This document shows, one piece after another, positions 44,738-54,164 of a stretch of 58,367 nt of DNA (the stretch's first letter is position 1; every line of letters begins with the position of its first letter). The position numbers and the translations under genes were made by a program. The DNA is from Anaerolineae bacterium (GTDB lineage: Bacteria; Chloroflexota; Anaerolineae; CG2-30-64-16): NCBI GenBank assembly GCA_034434335.1, contig DAOTZS010000208.1, positions 1 through 58,367 of the forward strand, in the 5' to 3' direction. The notes beneath the pieces were generated by a model. That model worked only from the letters and a program-made list of their open reading frames with translations. It was not told the origin of the DNA and did not search any database.

Positions 44738-47002
44738 TTACTGCCGCCTCTCGCACGCCTCCAGGCGCACTTCGTCCAGGAAGAAGTTGGTGAAGTAAGC
44801 ACCGTCATTGCGCGCCACGAAATGAACCTGGAGAGTTTGGCCCACCAGGTCTGACAGGTCGTGGCTGGAGGTATACCAGTAGGGATGGGCATCGGTATTG
44901 TGGAGGGTCTCCAGCCGGCGCAAAAGCTGACCTGTGGCCGAGCGCACCTCGACGGTCAGCACATCGCGTGGCTCTGCTGCCGGCTCCGTGGTGACGACCG
45001 CCCAGGCATAGTCCAGATGCAGGCTCTGGACTGAGGGGCGGATGAAGGCCGTCTGGAAAACATCGTCCTCGATGTTGACCCCACGGCCCAGCCAGAGGCA
45101 GTAGCCCCCGGCATAGCAACTGGCGGTCATCAGGCCGGCGAAGGGAGAGGCGTTCCACCCGGCCAGAGTACCCTCTTCGAAGCCGCCATTTTGCAGCATA
45201 TTGTGACACGTGATAGACCCAGTCTGGCCGCTCTGGTACTGGGGCCCATTGATCAGCGCCAGGTAGGAGCGGTGCGAGGCCAGCAGCACCTGACGGCCGA
45301 TGTGATTATTCTCAGCTACCGGGTCGGAGATGCCGGCTGGTAGCAGCACGTCCGCGGCCAGGGCATGGATGCCAGGGCTGGGATTGAGCCAGCGGTAGAC
45401 GACCTCGGCCTGGGCCCCCGGCATCAGCTCGGGCAGGGTTCCCTGGTGAAGGAGTTGGGTGCCGTCCCAGAGCTGCAACATGGCCCCCGGAACGCTCATG
45501 CCGGCCAGGTTCTCTACAGTCACGGTGAGGGCGAGAGGCGAGCCTGCGTCCCAGGCCGCCTCTGTTTGGCCTGTCACCGCAGAGAGTACCAATGAGGTCA
45601 GGTGCAGGTCGGCCATCGGGCCGATCGAATGGCGATTGTCCTCTTCGTTGGATTCGCCGATCGCGTTCTCGCTGTCCACTGTGACCACAACTCTCCAGTC
45701 GGTGCCTGCCGGCTTGGTCCAGGCAGCCTCGACGATGGCGTTGCCGGCGTAGCGGGCTGGCAGGCTGCTGACCACCTGGCTGGCGATCAGGCGCCCCGCC
45801 TGATCCTGGATCACGACCCGGAAGGGCTGTTGGACGGGGGTATTGCCCCGGTTTTGGATGATGGCCCGTATTGTCACTGGTTGCGCCACGTCTGAGGCCA
45901 GGGCCTTACCGGCCTGGGGCTGGAGGGTCACCCTGGCCACGACCAGATTAACGTAAGGACGACGGAGTGGCCCTGTCTGCTCTGCAAAGACCTGCCCCAT
46001 TGGTCGCATCTGGCGGGTATAGGGGTCCATCAGGCCGGCGATTGTGTTGCCGGCGTTGTTGAAGCTGGTGTCATCCAGGCTATACCACATCCAGCGTTGG
46101 ACCAGGTGATAGTCGTCGGCCGGGTAGCCCAGCTCTGGATCCCGGGCTGTGAGCATCCAGTTGGCGGTATTGACGAAGAAATCGCGTACGCGCGGCAGGT
46201 CATAGCCGCTCTCCTCGGGGAAGAGGATGCCGTATTCGCTGATCACCAGCGGTTTGTCGCGCTGGCCATGTTCCGCCATCCAGTGGCGCATGGCCATGAT
46301 ATGCTCCTGAAAGATGGCCAGGTCATCGTGCTTGTTGGCGGGGTAGGTGGCCGGCCGTGCGCCGTAGTAGCCTGGCGGGATGCCGCAGCCCCATTCTCCT
46401 GGCACCTCTTGCAGGATATAGTTGTGGATGTTCCAGACGTCGGCCGGCAGGGGGCTCCCATATAGCTCCTGATAGGCATCGAGGACAGCCGACAGCCAGC
46501 CCAATCGCAACGGGGTAGGCTGCACGATGCCACCAGCCGCCACCTGGGCCGACGGGTCCAGGGCCTTGATGGCGAAGTAAGCCTGGCGGTACTGGGTGGC
46601 ATACTGGACGGGCGTGACATTATCCTGTCTGAACATATCGGGCTCATTGCCGATCAGCCAGAGGCCGCCTGGGTCTGCTTCGACCGCGGCTGTCAGCCGC
46701 GCCTGGTCCAGATGCAGCCCTTCCGGGCTGAGCCGGATTACATGGGCAGCTACGATGCCATCCGGGTGGCTGGCGTTCTCGGCCAGGCCCCAGTTCTGAT
46801 ACCAGCCGGCGTTCAGCGGCACCACGTTGTAGTTATCAATCCCGTACAGCACGCCAAAGCCGAAACGCTCGTTGGGGGACGGAAACAGATTGGTGGCCCC
46901 CGGTGGGGGCGTCTGAGCTGTTGCGATTCGCCTCCCGTTGGCCGGACCCGCTAAGAGCAAGATCATCGCCAATAAGAGCCAGAATCGAACGCACCATCGC
47001 AT
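44738..47002 (-). CDS. Secreted multidomain protein: clan GH-A-like glycosyl-hydrolase catalytic core, CARDB-like repeats and a C-terminal carbohydrate-binding-like domain
   Basis: Signal peptide 'WLLLAMILLLAGPANG'. 'GWYQNW', 'IGNEPD' and 'LVISEYG' give the acid/base and nucleophile Glu contexts. 'NRGNTPV' and 'ESNEEDN' are CARDB-like. 'GGFEEGTLAGW' is also present. Confidence 0.65.
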   Translation of the reverse strand: MRWCVRFWLLLAMILLLAGPANGRRIATAQTPPPGATNLFPSPNERFGFGVLYGIDNYNVVPLNAGWYQNWGLAENASHPDGIVAAHVIRLSPEGLHLDQARLTAAVEADPGGLWLIGNEPDMFRQDNVTPVQYATQYRQAYFAIKALDPSAQVAAGGIVQPTPLRLGWLSAVLDAYQELYGSPLPADVWNIHNYILQEVPGEWGCGIPPGYYGARPATYPANKHDDLAIFQEHIMAMRHWMAEHGQRDKPLVISEYGILFPEESGYDLPRVRDFFVNTANWMLTARDPELGYPADDYHLVQRWMWYSLDDTSFNNAGNTIAGLMDPYTRQMRPMGQVFAEQTGPLRRPYVNLVVARVTLQPQAGKALASDVAQPVTIRAIIQNRGNTPVQQPFRVVIQDQAGRLIASQVVSSLPARYAGNAIVEAAWTKPAGTDWRVVVTVDSENAIGESNEEDNRHSIGPMADLHLTSLVLSAVTGQTEAAWDAGSPLALTVTVENLAGMSVPGAMLQLWDGTQLLHQGTLPELMPGAQAEVVYRWLNPSPGIHALAADVLLPAGISDPVAENNHIGRQVLLASHRSYLALINGPQYQSGQTGSITCHNMLQNGGFEEGTLAGWNASPFAGLMTASCYAGGYCLWLGRGVNIEDDVFQTAFIRPSVQSLHLDYAWAVVTTEPAAEPRDVLTVEVRSATGQLLRRLETLHNTDAHPYWYTSSHDLSDLVGQTLQVHFVARNDGAYFTNFFLDEVRLEACERRQ

Positions 47003-47213
47003 CTTTTACTCTCCTTTTCCCGGGCAAATTGAACTATCTCCAACTTCAGAATAGCATACCTGGACGCCAGCGTCCATAGGACAGTCAGCCCAAAAAGGGG
47101 TCGTGTTGGACTGGGGTCAGGGGGTGGCCGGTGCAGGGATTAGCACCAATGTATTCTGTACCAGTGGCGACCAGACACGGGGGGAGGCAATGAGGTCTCT
47201 TTAGCGAGAGGGG

Positions 47214-48584
47214 TCAGCGCTTGAACTGTTGTACGAAGTCCCGTGTCATCTGCATGTACCTGTCACCGTACATCACGCTGGGCTCGATGTAAGTCCCTTC
47301 GACCCACTCGTTGAAACTGTGGATCCACAGCCAGTCGGGATTGCTCTTCAGCGCGGCGTCAAAGGTGGCGCGATAGAAGGCACCGTCCTGCCGCTCACGG
47401 CGGTGGGGCTTGGACGGCACACGCACATCCGCCTTGCACCCGGCCCGCAGGTCATCCCAGCCAGGTGTCAGGGTAGCGATCCACAGCTTGGGTCTTCCTG
47501 TCCGCTGCTCCCACGCCCGTACCTGGCTGGCCCACCGGGAGGCCTTGACGAAATCGTTGGGATAGTCGGCGTGGGTGATCTTGAAAACGTAGAGGCCATC
47601 GAAGACGGCCAGATAGCTGGGGTCCAACCCCTCAGCGATCCACCAGGTTCGCGCCTCAGGGTCTACCTGGCCCCGGATGGCGGCCCAGGCCTGTTGCGGG
47701 GTCTGCCCGGCCTCTATGGGCACCCTGTAGACATCGGTAAAGAAGATCACCGGCTTGCCCTGGTAGCGCAGGAAGTTGGGGTGGGCGCTGTAGCTATCAA
47801 GCAGATAGCGAATGGCCTCGGCTACATTCTGTTGGCTCGCCGGCGGGGAGCCGTGCCAGATATGACGGGAGAAGACCACTGTGGAGCGGAAGTACTTGCC
47901 CTGGGATTGAGCCAGCAGGGTGGCGAAGTTGCGGTCGGTGCGCTCACCGGGCGCAAACCAATGCAGGGTAAAGCCATCCAGCCCCACGTCCATGGCCATC
48001 TGGACATGCCGGGCTATAGCCTGCGGATCGTCAGAGCCGTAGGGCTGGAGCGGCCTGTCGCCAGCACTGATGTTGCAGGCGTCCCAGCCGTTTGCATCAT
48101 ACCAGGCAAAGTAGTTCGCCAGCACCAACTTCTCGCCCACCATGTGCTCCGGCTGCGGCTGAGAAGGAGGCGGGAGTGGGATTTTCTCGGCCACGGGCAC
48201 CTGATCAAGGGAACCTGAGGGCGCCAATAGCGGCACATAGACCCATCCTTCCCGCCCGTTGGCCAGCTGTACGTGAGACCACTGGCGGTCAGGACTCAAC
48301 TCCAGCAGGATTACCAGCGCTCCCTGGTTCAACCCGTCAATGATCGGGTAATTAGTGCCCGGCCCGCCGCGCACATTGAGCCTGCTTACATTGACAGTAC
48401 CACTGACTTGAGCGACAGTCTGGCCAGGCTCTTCGTTCACACTGTGCACTGCGGCGCGGTGGCCTTGGTCCTCCAGGGACTCGCCCGGCGGTACGCCGGC
48501 CAACGCTAACGCTGGCAGAAAAGCCTCCAGCAAGATGAAGGCTAAAGTTGCACATGCTCCCAAACGATGCCGTATTATGGCCAC
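47214..48584 (-). CDS. Secreted SH3b-domain protein with a GH99-like / WbsX-like glycoside hydrolase domain
   Basis: Signal peptide. SH3b-like 'LNVRGGPGTNYPIIDGL...GWV'. 'ANYFAWYD' and 'HSFNEWVEGTYIEPS' resemble the GH99-like signature. Confidence 0.6.
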   Translation of the reverse strand: MAIIRHRLGACATLAFILLEAFLPALALAGVPPGESLEDQGHRAAVHSVNEEPGQTVAQVSGTVNVSRLNVRGGPGTNYPIIDGLNQGALVILLELSPDRQWSHVQLANGREGWVYVPLLAPSGSLDQVPVAEKIPLPPPSQPQPEHMVGEKLVLANYFAWYDANGWDACNISAGDRPLQPYGSDDPQAIARHVQMAMDVGLDGFTLHWFAPGERTDRNFATLLAQSQGKYFRSTVVFSRHIWHGSPPASQQNVAEAIRYLLDSYSAHPNFLRYQGKPVIFFTDVYRVPIEAGQTPQQAWAAIRGQVDPEARTWWIAEGLDPSYLAVFDGLYVFKITHADYPNDFVKASRWASQVRAWEQRTGRPKLWIATLTPGWDDLRAGCKADVRVPSKPHRRERQDGAFYRATFDAALKSNPDWLWIHSFNEWVEGTYIEPSVMYGDRYMQMTRDFVQQFKR

Positions 48585-48791
48585 AGATATCTCTCCTGAG
48601 AGGAGTCAGGCGCCGCACCACATTCTACCACAGGCCAGAGAGAGGTCAACTGCGCAAAGCCGCAAAGCATAAGACTGGCGCAGACAGGCGAAGGATGTTA
48701 GAATAGCTCCTGGCAGTTGCACATGAAGCCAGGCAGGCTGGCCTTATCACTAACCTCAGTGACCAGACGAGCCAAAGGAGCAGGACAAGCC

Positions 48792-51185
48792 GTGCATGAT
48801 GACATTCTGGCGGGGTTGAACGCGGCCCAACGGGAAGCCGTGACCACGATAGACGGTCCGGTTCTGGTGCTGGCTGGCCCCGGTTCGGGCAAGACCAGGG
48901 TGCTGGCTCACCGCGTGGCTTACCTGTTGCGGGTTGTCCAGGTCCATCCGCGCGCCATCATGGCCGTGACCTTTACCAACAAGGCTGCCCAGGAGATGCG
49001 CGACCGCATCAACGGCTTGCTGGGTGAATCGGTGCCCGCCAGTACCGGCTGGCGCGGCCTGACCCTGGGGACATTTCACAGCATCTGTGCCCGTATCTTG
49101 CGCCAGGAGGCAGAGTTGGCCGGGCTGCGGCCCGACTATGTCATTTATGACGATGGCGATCAGCTTACGGCCATTAAGCAGACCCTGCGAGAGCTGAACA
49201 TCAGCGAGAAGCAGTACCGGCCGGAGGCCATGCGCGCCGCCATCTCCCGCATGAAGAACGAGCTGGTGCGGCCCTCGGAGATGTCCGTGGACACCTATTG
49301 GGCTCAGGTGCTGACGCGGGTGTATGAATATTACGAGAAACTGATGGCTGCCAACGGGGCGGTGGATTTCGACGACTTGCTGGCCAGGACCGTATACCTC
49401 TTTCGCGAGCACCCGCAGGTGCTGGCGCGCTATCAGGAACGCTACCGTTATCTGCTGGTGGACGAATTCCAGGACACTAATACGGCTCAGTATGAGCTAA
49501 TGCGCCTGCTGGCAGCACAGCATCACAATTTGTTCGCTGTAGGAGATGAAGATCAGTCCATCTATGGTTTTCGCGGGGCCGATTACCGCAATGTCCTGCG
49601 CTTTCGCGAAGATTTCCCCACGGCCAGGGTGATCCTGCTGGAGCAGAACTATCGCTCCACGCAGACCATCCTCGACGCAGCCAACGCCATCATCTCACGC
49701 AACCGTCATCGCACGCCCAAGGCGCTGCGCACCAACCGGGGACGGGGGCCGGCCGTCACCATATACGAAGCCTATGACGAGATGGACGAAGCGACCTATG
49801 TGGTCAGGACGATCCGGGAGCTGATGGCGCGTGGCCAGGCGCGGCCCAAAGACTGCGCGGTGATGTACCGCACCAATGCCCAATCGCGGCCTTTGGAAGA
49901 CGCGTTCGTGATGTGGGGCATGCCCTACCGCTTGGTGGGAGGCACGCGCTTCTACCAACGCCGGGAGATCAAGGATATGCTGGCCTACCTGCGCCTGATT
50001 CACAATCCGGCCGACAACTTCAGCTTCAGCCGCATCATCAATGTGCCCCGCCGCGGCATCGGTGAGAAGACATTGGCGACCCTGGCGCAATGGAGCAGCG
50101 CACATGGGGTGGGCATGGCAGGAGGCCTGGCATTGATCGCCGGTGACCTGCACAGCCCGGCCCTGCCCGAGGAGGTCCGCACCCGCTATACCCAGCCGCC
50201 CGAGCACCCCTTCTCGCCCGCCGTCCGCCGCACCCTGATGGAGTTCTATCGCCTGCTGGCCGGCTGGCTGGCGGACCGCCACAAGCTCACCGTAGTCGAG
50301 CTGTTGGACCGGATCGCCGACGAGTCAGGGTATGCGGTGGAATTGCGAGACGGCACGCCAGAGGGCGAGGACCGCTGGGCCAACGTGCAGGAGTTGCGCA
50401 GCGTTGCTGCCTATTACAACGACTTCCCCCCCGAGTTGCGCCTGAGCGCTTTTCTGGAAGAGGTGGCCCTGGTATCGGACCAGGACGAACTAAACGGCGA
50501 AGACGACCGGGTTACCCTGCTGACCCTGCACACGGCAAAGGGGCTGGAGTTCCCGGTGGTGTTCATCGTAGGGCTGGAGGAGAACATCCTGCCCCATGTG
50601 CGCAGCATGGATGATCCGGACCAGCTCGAAGAGGAGCGTCGGCTGATGTACGTGGGGGTGACGCGTGCCAAAGACCGCCTCTACCTGGTGCGCGCTTTCA
50701 GGCGTACCCTCTTCGGCCGCAACGAGCTGAATGAACCCTCGCGTTTCCTGCGGGATGTGGCCCAGGCCAGGGTGACGACCGCTGAGGTCCTGAGCAGCGG
50801 AGAGGCTGAGCTGGTTACAGCCTCCCCGGAAGCACGTGAGGGAAGGCAGGAGAGAAGTGTGGGAGAAAGCCAGCGGCCGCGCGGGCTGGCAACCCCCCAT
50901 CGGACCTCTCCGGCCCATGGCGCTGTTGAGCCCCCATCCCGCCCGGCGGCAGCCATAGCTGGTCGGGAGGGTGGTCCTGCTCGCGAAGGCCGCGGCCCGC
51001 AATTCAGCCCTGGCGACCGGGTTGACCACGGCCTGTTTGGGGAGGGGATCGTGCTGAAGAGCGAGCTGACGGCCGACGACGAGGAAGTGACGATCGCCTT
51101 TGCCGACAAAGGGATCAAGACCTTGCTGGCAAGTTACGCCAAACTGCGCAAGATAGGCCAGGAAGCAACCCCGCGCGGCCTCTGA
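48792..51185 (+). CDS. pcrA: ATP-dependent DNA helicase PcrA/UvrD (SF1)
   Basis: 'AGPGSGKT', 'VDEFQDTN', 'LEQNYRS', 'TLHTAKGLEFPVVF' and 'YVGVTRAK'. The C-terminal linker is disordered. GTG at 48792 follows AAGGAG. Confidence 0.9.
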   Translation: MHDDILAGLNAAQREAVTTIDGPVLVLAGPGSGKTRVLAHRVAYLLRVVQVHPRAIMAVTFTNKAAQEMRDRINGLLGESVPASTGWRGLTLGTFHSICARILRQEAELAGLRPDYVIYDDGDQLTAIKQTLRELNISEKQYRPEAMRAAISRMKNELVRPSEMSVDTYWAQVLTRVYEYYEKLMAANGAVDFDDLLARTVYLFREHPQVLARYQERYRYLLVDEFQDTNTAQYELMRLLAAQHHNLFAVGDEDQSIYGFRGADYRNVLRFREDFPTARVILLEQNYRSTQTILDAANAIISRNRHRTPKALRTNRGRGPAVTIYEAYDEMDEATYVVRTIRELMARGQARPKDCAVMYRTNAQSRPLEDAFVMWGMPYRLVGGTRFYQRREIKDMLAYLRLIHNPADNFSFSRIINVPRRGIGEKTLATLAQWSSAHGVGMAGGLALIAGDLHSPALPEEVRTRYTQPPEHPFSPAVRRTLMEFYRLLAGWLADRHKLTVVELLDRIADESGYAVELRDGTPEGEDRWANVQELRSVAAYYNDFPPELRLSAFLEEVALVSDQDELNGEDDRVTLLTLHTAKGLEFPVVFIVGLEENILPHVRSMDDPDQLEEERRLMYVGVTRAKDRLYLVRAFRRTLFGRNELNEPSRFLRDVAQARVTTAEVLSSGEAELVTASPEAREGRQERSVGESQRPRGLATPHRTSPAHGAVEPPSRPAAAIAGREGGPAREGRGPQFSPGDRVDHGLFGEGIVLKSELTADDEEVTIAFADKGIKTLLASYAKLRKIGQEATPRGL

Positions 51186-51202
51186 GCCAGTCCCCTGCCT
51201 TG

Positions 51203-51658
51203 CTACCTCCAGCGCTGCAGCTCGATGAAATTGCCTTCCGGGTCGCTGACGTAGGCGAAGGTAACACGGCCTGCGCCGGCGATCTCGGCTGATACAATCT
51301 CTCCCAGTGCGCTCCCGCCGGCTGCCAGCACAGCCTGGCGTGCGGCCTGCACATCGGCCACGGCCAGGGCAATGTGGGCCAGCCCTGGCCGGTTTATCGC
51401 CGGCCGGGGCCCTTCCTCCTCCTGGGCATACTGGAAGATCTCCAGCGTGGGGCCGGCCTGGCCGTGGCCCGGCAGGCGCAGGTGCACCCCGTGGATGCGC
51501 GCCCCAGGGATGCCGGTGGCTTGCTCGAGCCAGGGGCCGGCCAGGTCTCGCTCGGGCGGCACGGGCTGGCACCCAAAGACCTGCTCATAGAAGCGGGCCA
51601 GACGTTGCCAATCGCGGGCCACAATGTTGATATGCACGAACCTGGCTTCGATGCTCAT
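51203..51658 (-). CDS. VOC (glyoxalase/bleomycin-resistance/dioxygenase) family protein
   Basis: 'FVHINIVARDWQRLARFYEQVFG' and 'LAHIALAVADV'. ATG at 51658. Confidence 0.75.
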   Translation of the reverse strand: MSIEARFVHINIVARDWQRLARFYEQVFGCQPVPPERDLAGPWLEQATGIPGARIHGVHLRLPGHGQAGPTLEIFQYAQEEEGPRPAINRPGLAHIALAVADVQAARQAVLAAGGSALGEIVSAEIAGAGRVTFAYVSDPEGNFIELQRWR

Positions 51659-51775
51659 AATCCTTATCTCTTTTCTCCAGAAGGTTAGCCATCCCTGCTG
51701 CATCTATTCTACCACATCATCGGGCATTCCTCGTGGTCCCGGGCTTGCGCTGCGCACACCCTCGCGGCCCGGCTC

Positions 51776-51804
51776 TTGGCCGCCTGGCCTTACCATGCTA
51801 TACT
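51776..51804 (+). promoter_or_regulatory. Candidate promoter of the tandem pfk gene
   Basis: TTGGCC (51776-51781), a 17-nt spacer, TATACT (51799-51804). Confidence 0.55.
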
Positions 51805-51837
51805 TGAACGCACCAGCCTGGTGCGAGCCTGGCTGCT

Positions 51838-51877
51838 GGTCGTTTGTCCTTCATCCTTGGTCATTTGTCCCTCATCC
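51838..51877 (+). repeat. Tandem 19-nt direct repeat in the pfk leader
   Basis: GGTCGTTTGTCCTTCATCC (51838-51856) and GGTCATTTGTCCCTCATCC (51859-51877), immediately before the GGAGG at 51881. Confidence 0.7.
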
Positions 51878-51890
51878 GAAGGAGGCCCTT

Positions 51891-54086
51891 ATGCGTATTG
51901 GTATCCTCACCAGCGGTGGAGATGCCCCTGGCATGAACGCTTCCATCCGGGCTGTAACGCGTTGTGCCCTGGATAAAGGCATCGAGGTAATCGGCATCCA
52001 TGAAGGGTGGCAGGGGGTGGTGGAAGGTGGGCAGAGGTTCGAGCGGCTCAACTGGCGCAGTGTGGGGGGCATCTTACAGTTCGGCGGCACGATCCTGGGC
52101 ACCGCGCGCTCGGAAGCTTTCTACACTGTTGCCGGGAGGCGGCAGGCGGTTCAGAACCTGGTGCAGGCTGGGATTGATGGCCTGGTGGTCATCGGGGGAG
52201 ATGGCTCGCTGACCGGCGCCTTGATCCTCTACCAGGAATGGCCGGAGCATCTGCGGGCGCTGGCCGCAGAGGGTGCTATCCCCGCCGAGCTGGCCGCAGA
52301 CCCCCCGCCGCTGCGCATCGCGGGGCTGCCGGGCTCGATTGACAACGACCAGTATGGCACCGACATGAGCATCGGCGCGGATACCGCGCTCAACACCATC
52401 GTGCGGGCTGTAGACCAGCTCAGCTCTACGGCCGATTCTCACCAGCGCACTTTTGTGGTGGAGGTGATGGGCCGGCGCTGCGGCTACCTGGCCCTGATGG
52501 GCGCGGTGGCCACTGGCGCTGATTGGGTCCTGATCCCCGAAGAGGAGATGGACGCGCGCTGGCACTTTCGCATGATCGAGGCCCTCAAGAACGGCCGGGC
52601 AGCCGGCCGGCGCCACGACATCATCATCTTTGCCGAAGGCGCGCGGCATAGCGACGGCCTGCCAATTAAAGCCGAAACGATCAGCGATATCCTGCGCACT
52701 CGCCTGGGGGTTGAGGCACGGGTCACCGTGCTTGGGCATGTGCAGCGGGGCGGCTCTCCCAGCGCCTTTGACCGGGTGATGGCCTCTCGCCTGGGAGAAG
52801 CGGCCGTAGCCCACCTGTGCGGGCCCGATCCCACCCCTGCCATGATTGGCCTGGTCAACAACGAGCCTAAGGCTACTCCCCTGGAGGAAGTGGTGGCCAA
52901 GAGCCAGCAGGTCAACACCGAGATCGACCAGGGTCACTTCGAGCGGGCTCTGGAACTGCGGGGCCGCAGTTTCCTTGACTCACTGGAGCTGCTCAAGACC
53001 CTGACCCGGGCCAGGCCAAAGGAAGAGCTGGCCAACCGCGGCCGTATCGCCATCCTCACCGGTGGGCCCGATGCCCCGGGGATGAATGCCATTGTGCGCA
53101 CGGCATTGCGCATTGCGATGAACGAAGGCCAGGACGTGGTGGGGGTGCGCTATGGCTTCGACGGCCTGCGCAAGGGGGACATCTGGGACCTGCAATGGAT
53201 GGATGTGCAGAACTGGATCCGCCTGGGCGGCAGTGAACTGGGGGCCATCCGCTATCAGGTGCAGCCGGAAGACCTGGCCGGGATTGCCAGGACAGTTCGA
53301 GAGTGGGACATCCGGGGGTTGATCGCCGTAGGGGGGATGGACACCTATGCCCAGGTGGCCAGGCTGGTGGCCGCGCGCGATCAATATCGGGAGCTGCGCA
53401 TTCCGATGCTCTGTGTCCCTGCCACTATTGATAATAACCTGCCCGGCACCGAGATCACCATTGGGGCCGATACCGCGCTCAACAACATCGTGGATGCCGT
53501 GGACAAGATCAAGTATACCGCCGGCGCGGCACACCGGGCGTTCATCATCGAAGTGATGGGCCGGCGCTGTGGCTACCTGGCGTTGGCTGCCGGGATCGCC
53601 AGCGGGGCTGAGGTGGAGTTATTGCCCGAGGATAACGCCACGGTGGAGACCCTGTTACAGGATACTGAGCTGTTGCGCGAAGGGTTCTTCAGCGGCAAGA
53701 AGCTGGGGATTGTTATCATGTCGGAGAACGCCTTCCGCTACTACGATACGGAATTCGTGCGCCGTGTGATGGAAGCGGAGGCTAATGGCGCGTTTGAAGT
53801 ACGGACCTCTATCCTGGGGCACCTGCAGCGCGGCGGAACTCCGACCGCCTTCGACCGTATTCAGGGCAGCCGGCTGGGCGCGCACGCGGCCCGGCAGATC
53901 ATGGCCGACGTGGCCGCACGCCGCGCGGATGCCAACGTCATCGGCATCATGCGCAGGGGTGTGGTGATCACGCCCCTGGAGGAGGCCATGGCCCAGGTAG
54001 ATTGGGAGAACTGGCGGCCCAAGGAGCAGACTTTCCTGAGCTGGCGCAAGCTGGCCGACACCCTGGCCAAGCCAAAACCAGGATGA
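51891..54086 (+). CDS. pfk: Tandem (duplicated-fused) ATP-dependent 6-phosphofructokinase, eukaryote-like architecture, 731 aa
   Basis: The N-half has catalytic motifs 'SGGDAPGMN', 'IGGDGSLTG', 'PGSIDND', 'MGRRCG' and 'GHVQRGG'. The C-half starts at about nt 53043 with degenerate versions: 'GGPDAPGMN', 'GGMDTY', 'PATIDNN', 'MGRRCG' and 'GHLQRGG'. ATG at 51891 follows GGAGG. Confidence 0.9.
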   Translation: MRIGILTSGGDAPGMNASIRAVTRCALDKGIEVIGIHEGWQGVVEGGQRFERLNWRSVGGILQFGGTILGTARSEAFYTVAGRRQAVQNLVQAGIDGLVVIGGDGSLTGALILYQEWPEHLRALAAEGAIPAELAADPPPLRIAGLPGSIDNDQYGTDMSIGADTALNTIVRAVDQLSSTADSHQRTFVVEVMGRRCGYLALMGAVATGADWVLIPEEEMDARWHFRMIEALKNGRAAGRRHDIIIFAEGARHSDGLPIKAETISDILRTRLGVEARVTVLGHVQRGGSPSAFDRVMASRLGEAAVAHLCGPDPTPAMIGLVNNEPKATPLEEVVAKSQQVNTEIDQGHFERALELRGRSFLDSLELLKTLTRARPKEELANRGRIAILTGGPDAPGMNAIVRTALRIAMNEGQDVVGVRYGFDGLRKGDIWDLQWMDVQNWIRLGGSELGAIRYQVQPEDLAGIARTVREWDIRGLIAVGGMDTYAQVARLVAARDQYRELRIPMLCVPATIDNNLPGTEITIGADTALNNIVDAVDKIKYTAGAAHRAFIIEVMGRRCGYLALAAGIASGAEVELLPEDNATVETLLQDTELLREGFFSGKKLGIVIMSENAFRYYDTEFVRRVMEAEANGAFEVRTSILGHLQRGGTPTAFDRIQGSRLGAHAARQIMADVAARRADANVIGIMRRGVVITPLEEAMAQVDWENWRPKEQTFLSWRKLADTLAKPKPG

Positions 54087-54164
54087 GGATCACGAATTGG
54101 CCCACCGGAAGCAGGACATCAACAGTTCCCCGCCATCCGGATATGATAGCGATGTCTTTGGGGC

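Noticed and set aside
50490-51572. 360-aa minus-strand ORF spanning the pcrA 3' end and the VOC gene
   Set aside because: It is extremely Arg/Pro/Gly-rich and crosses a convergent gene junction. It overlaps two well-supported genes in other frames.
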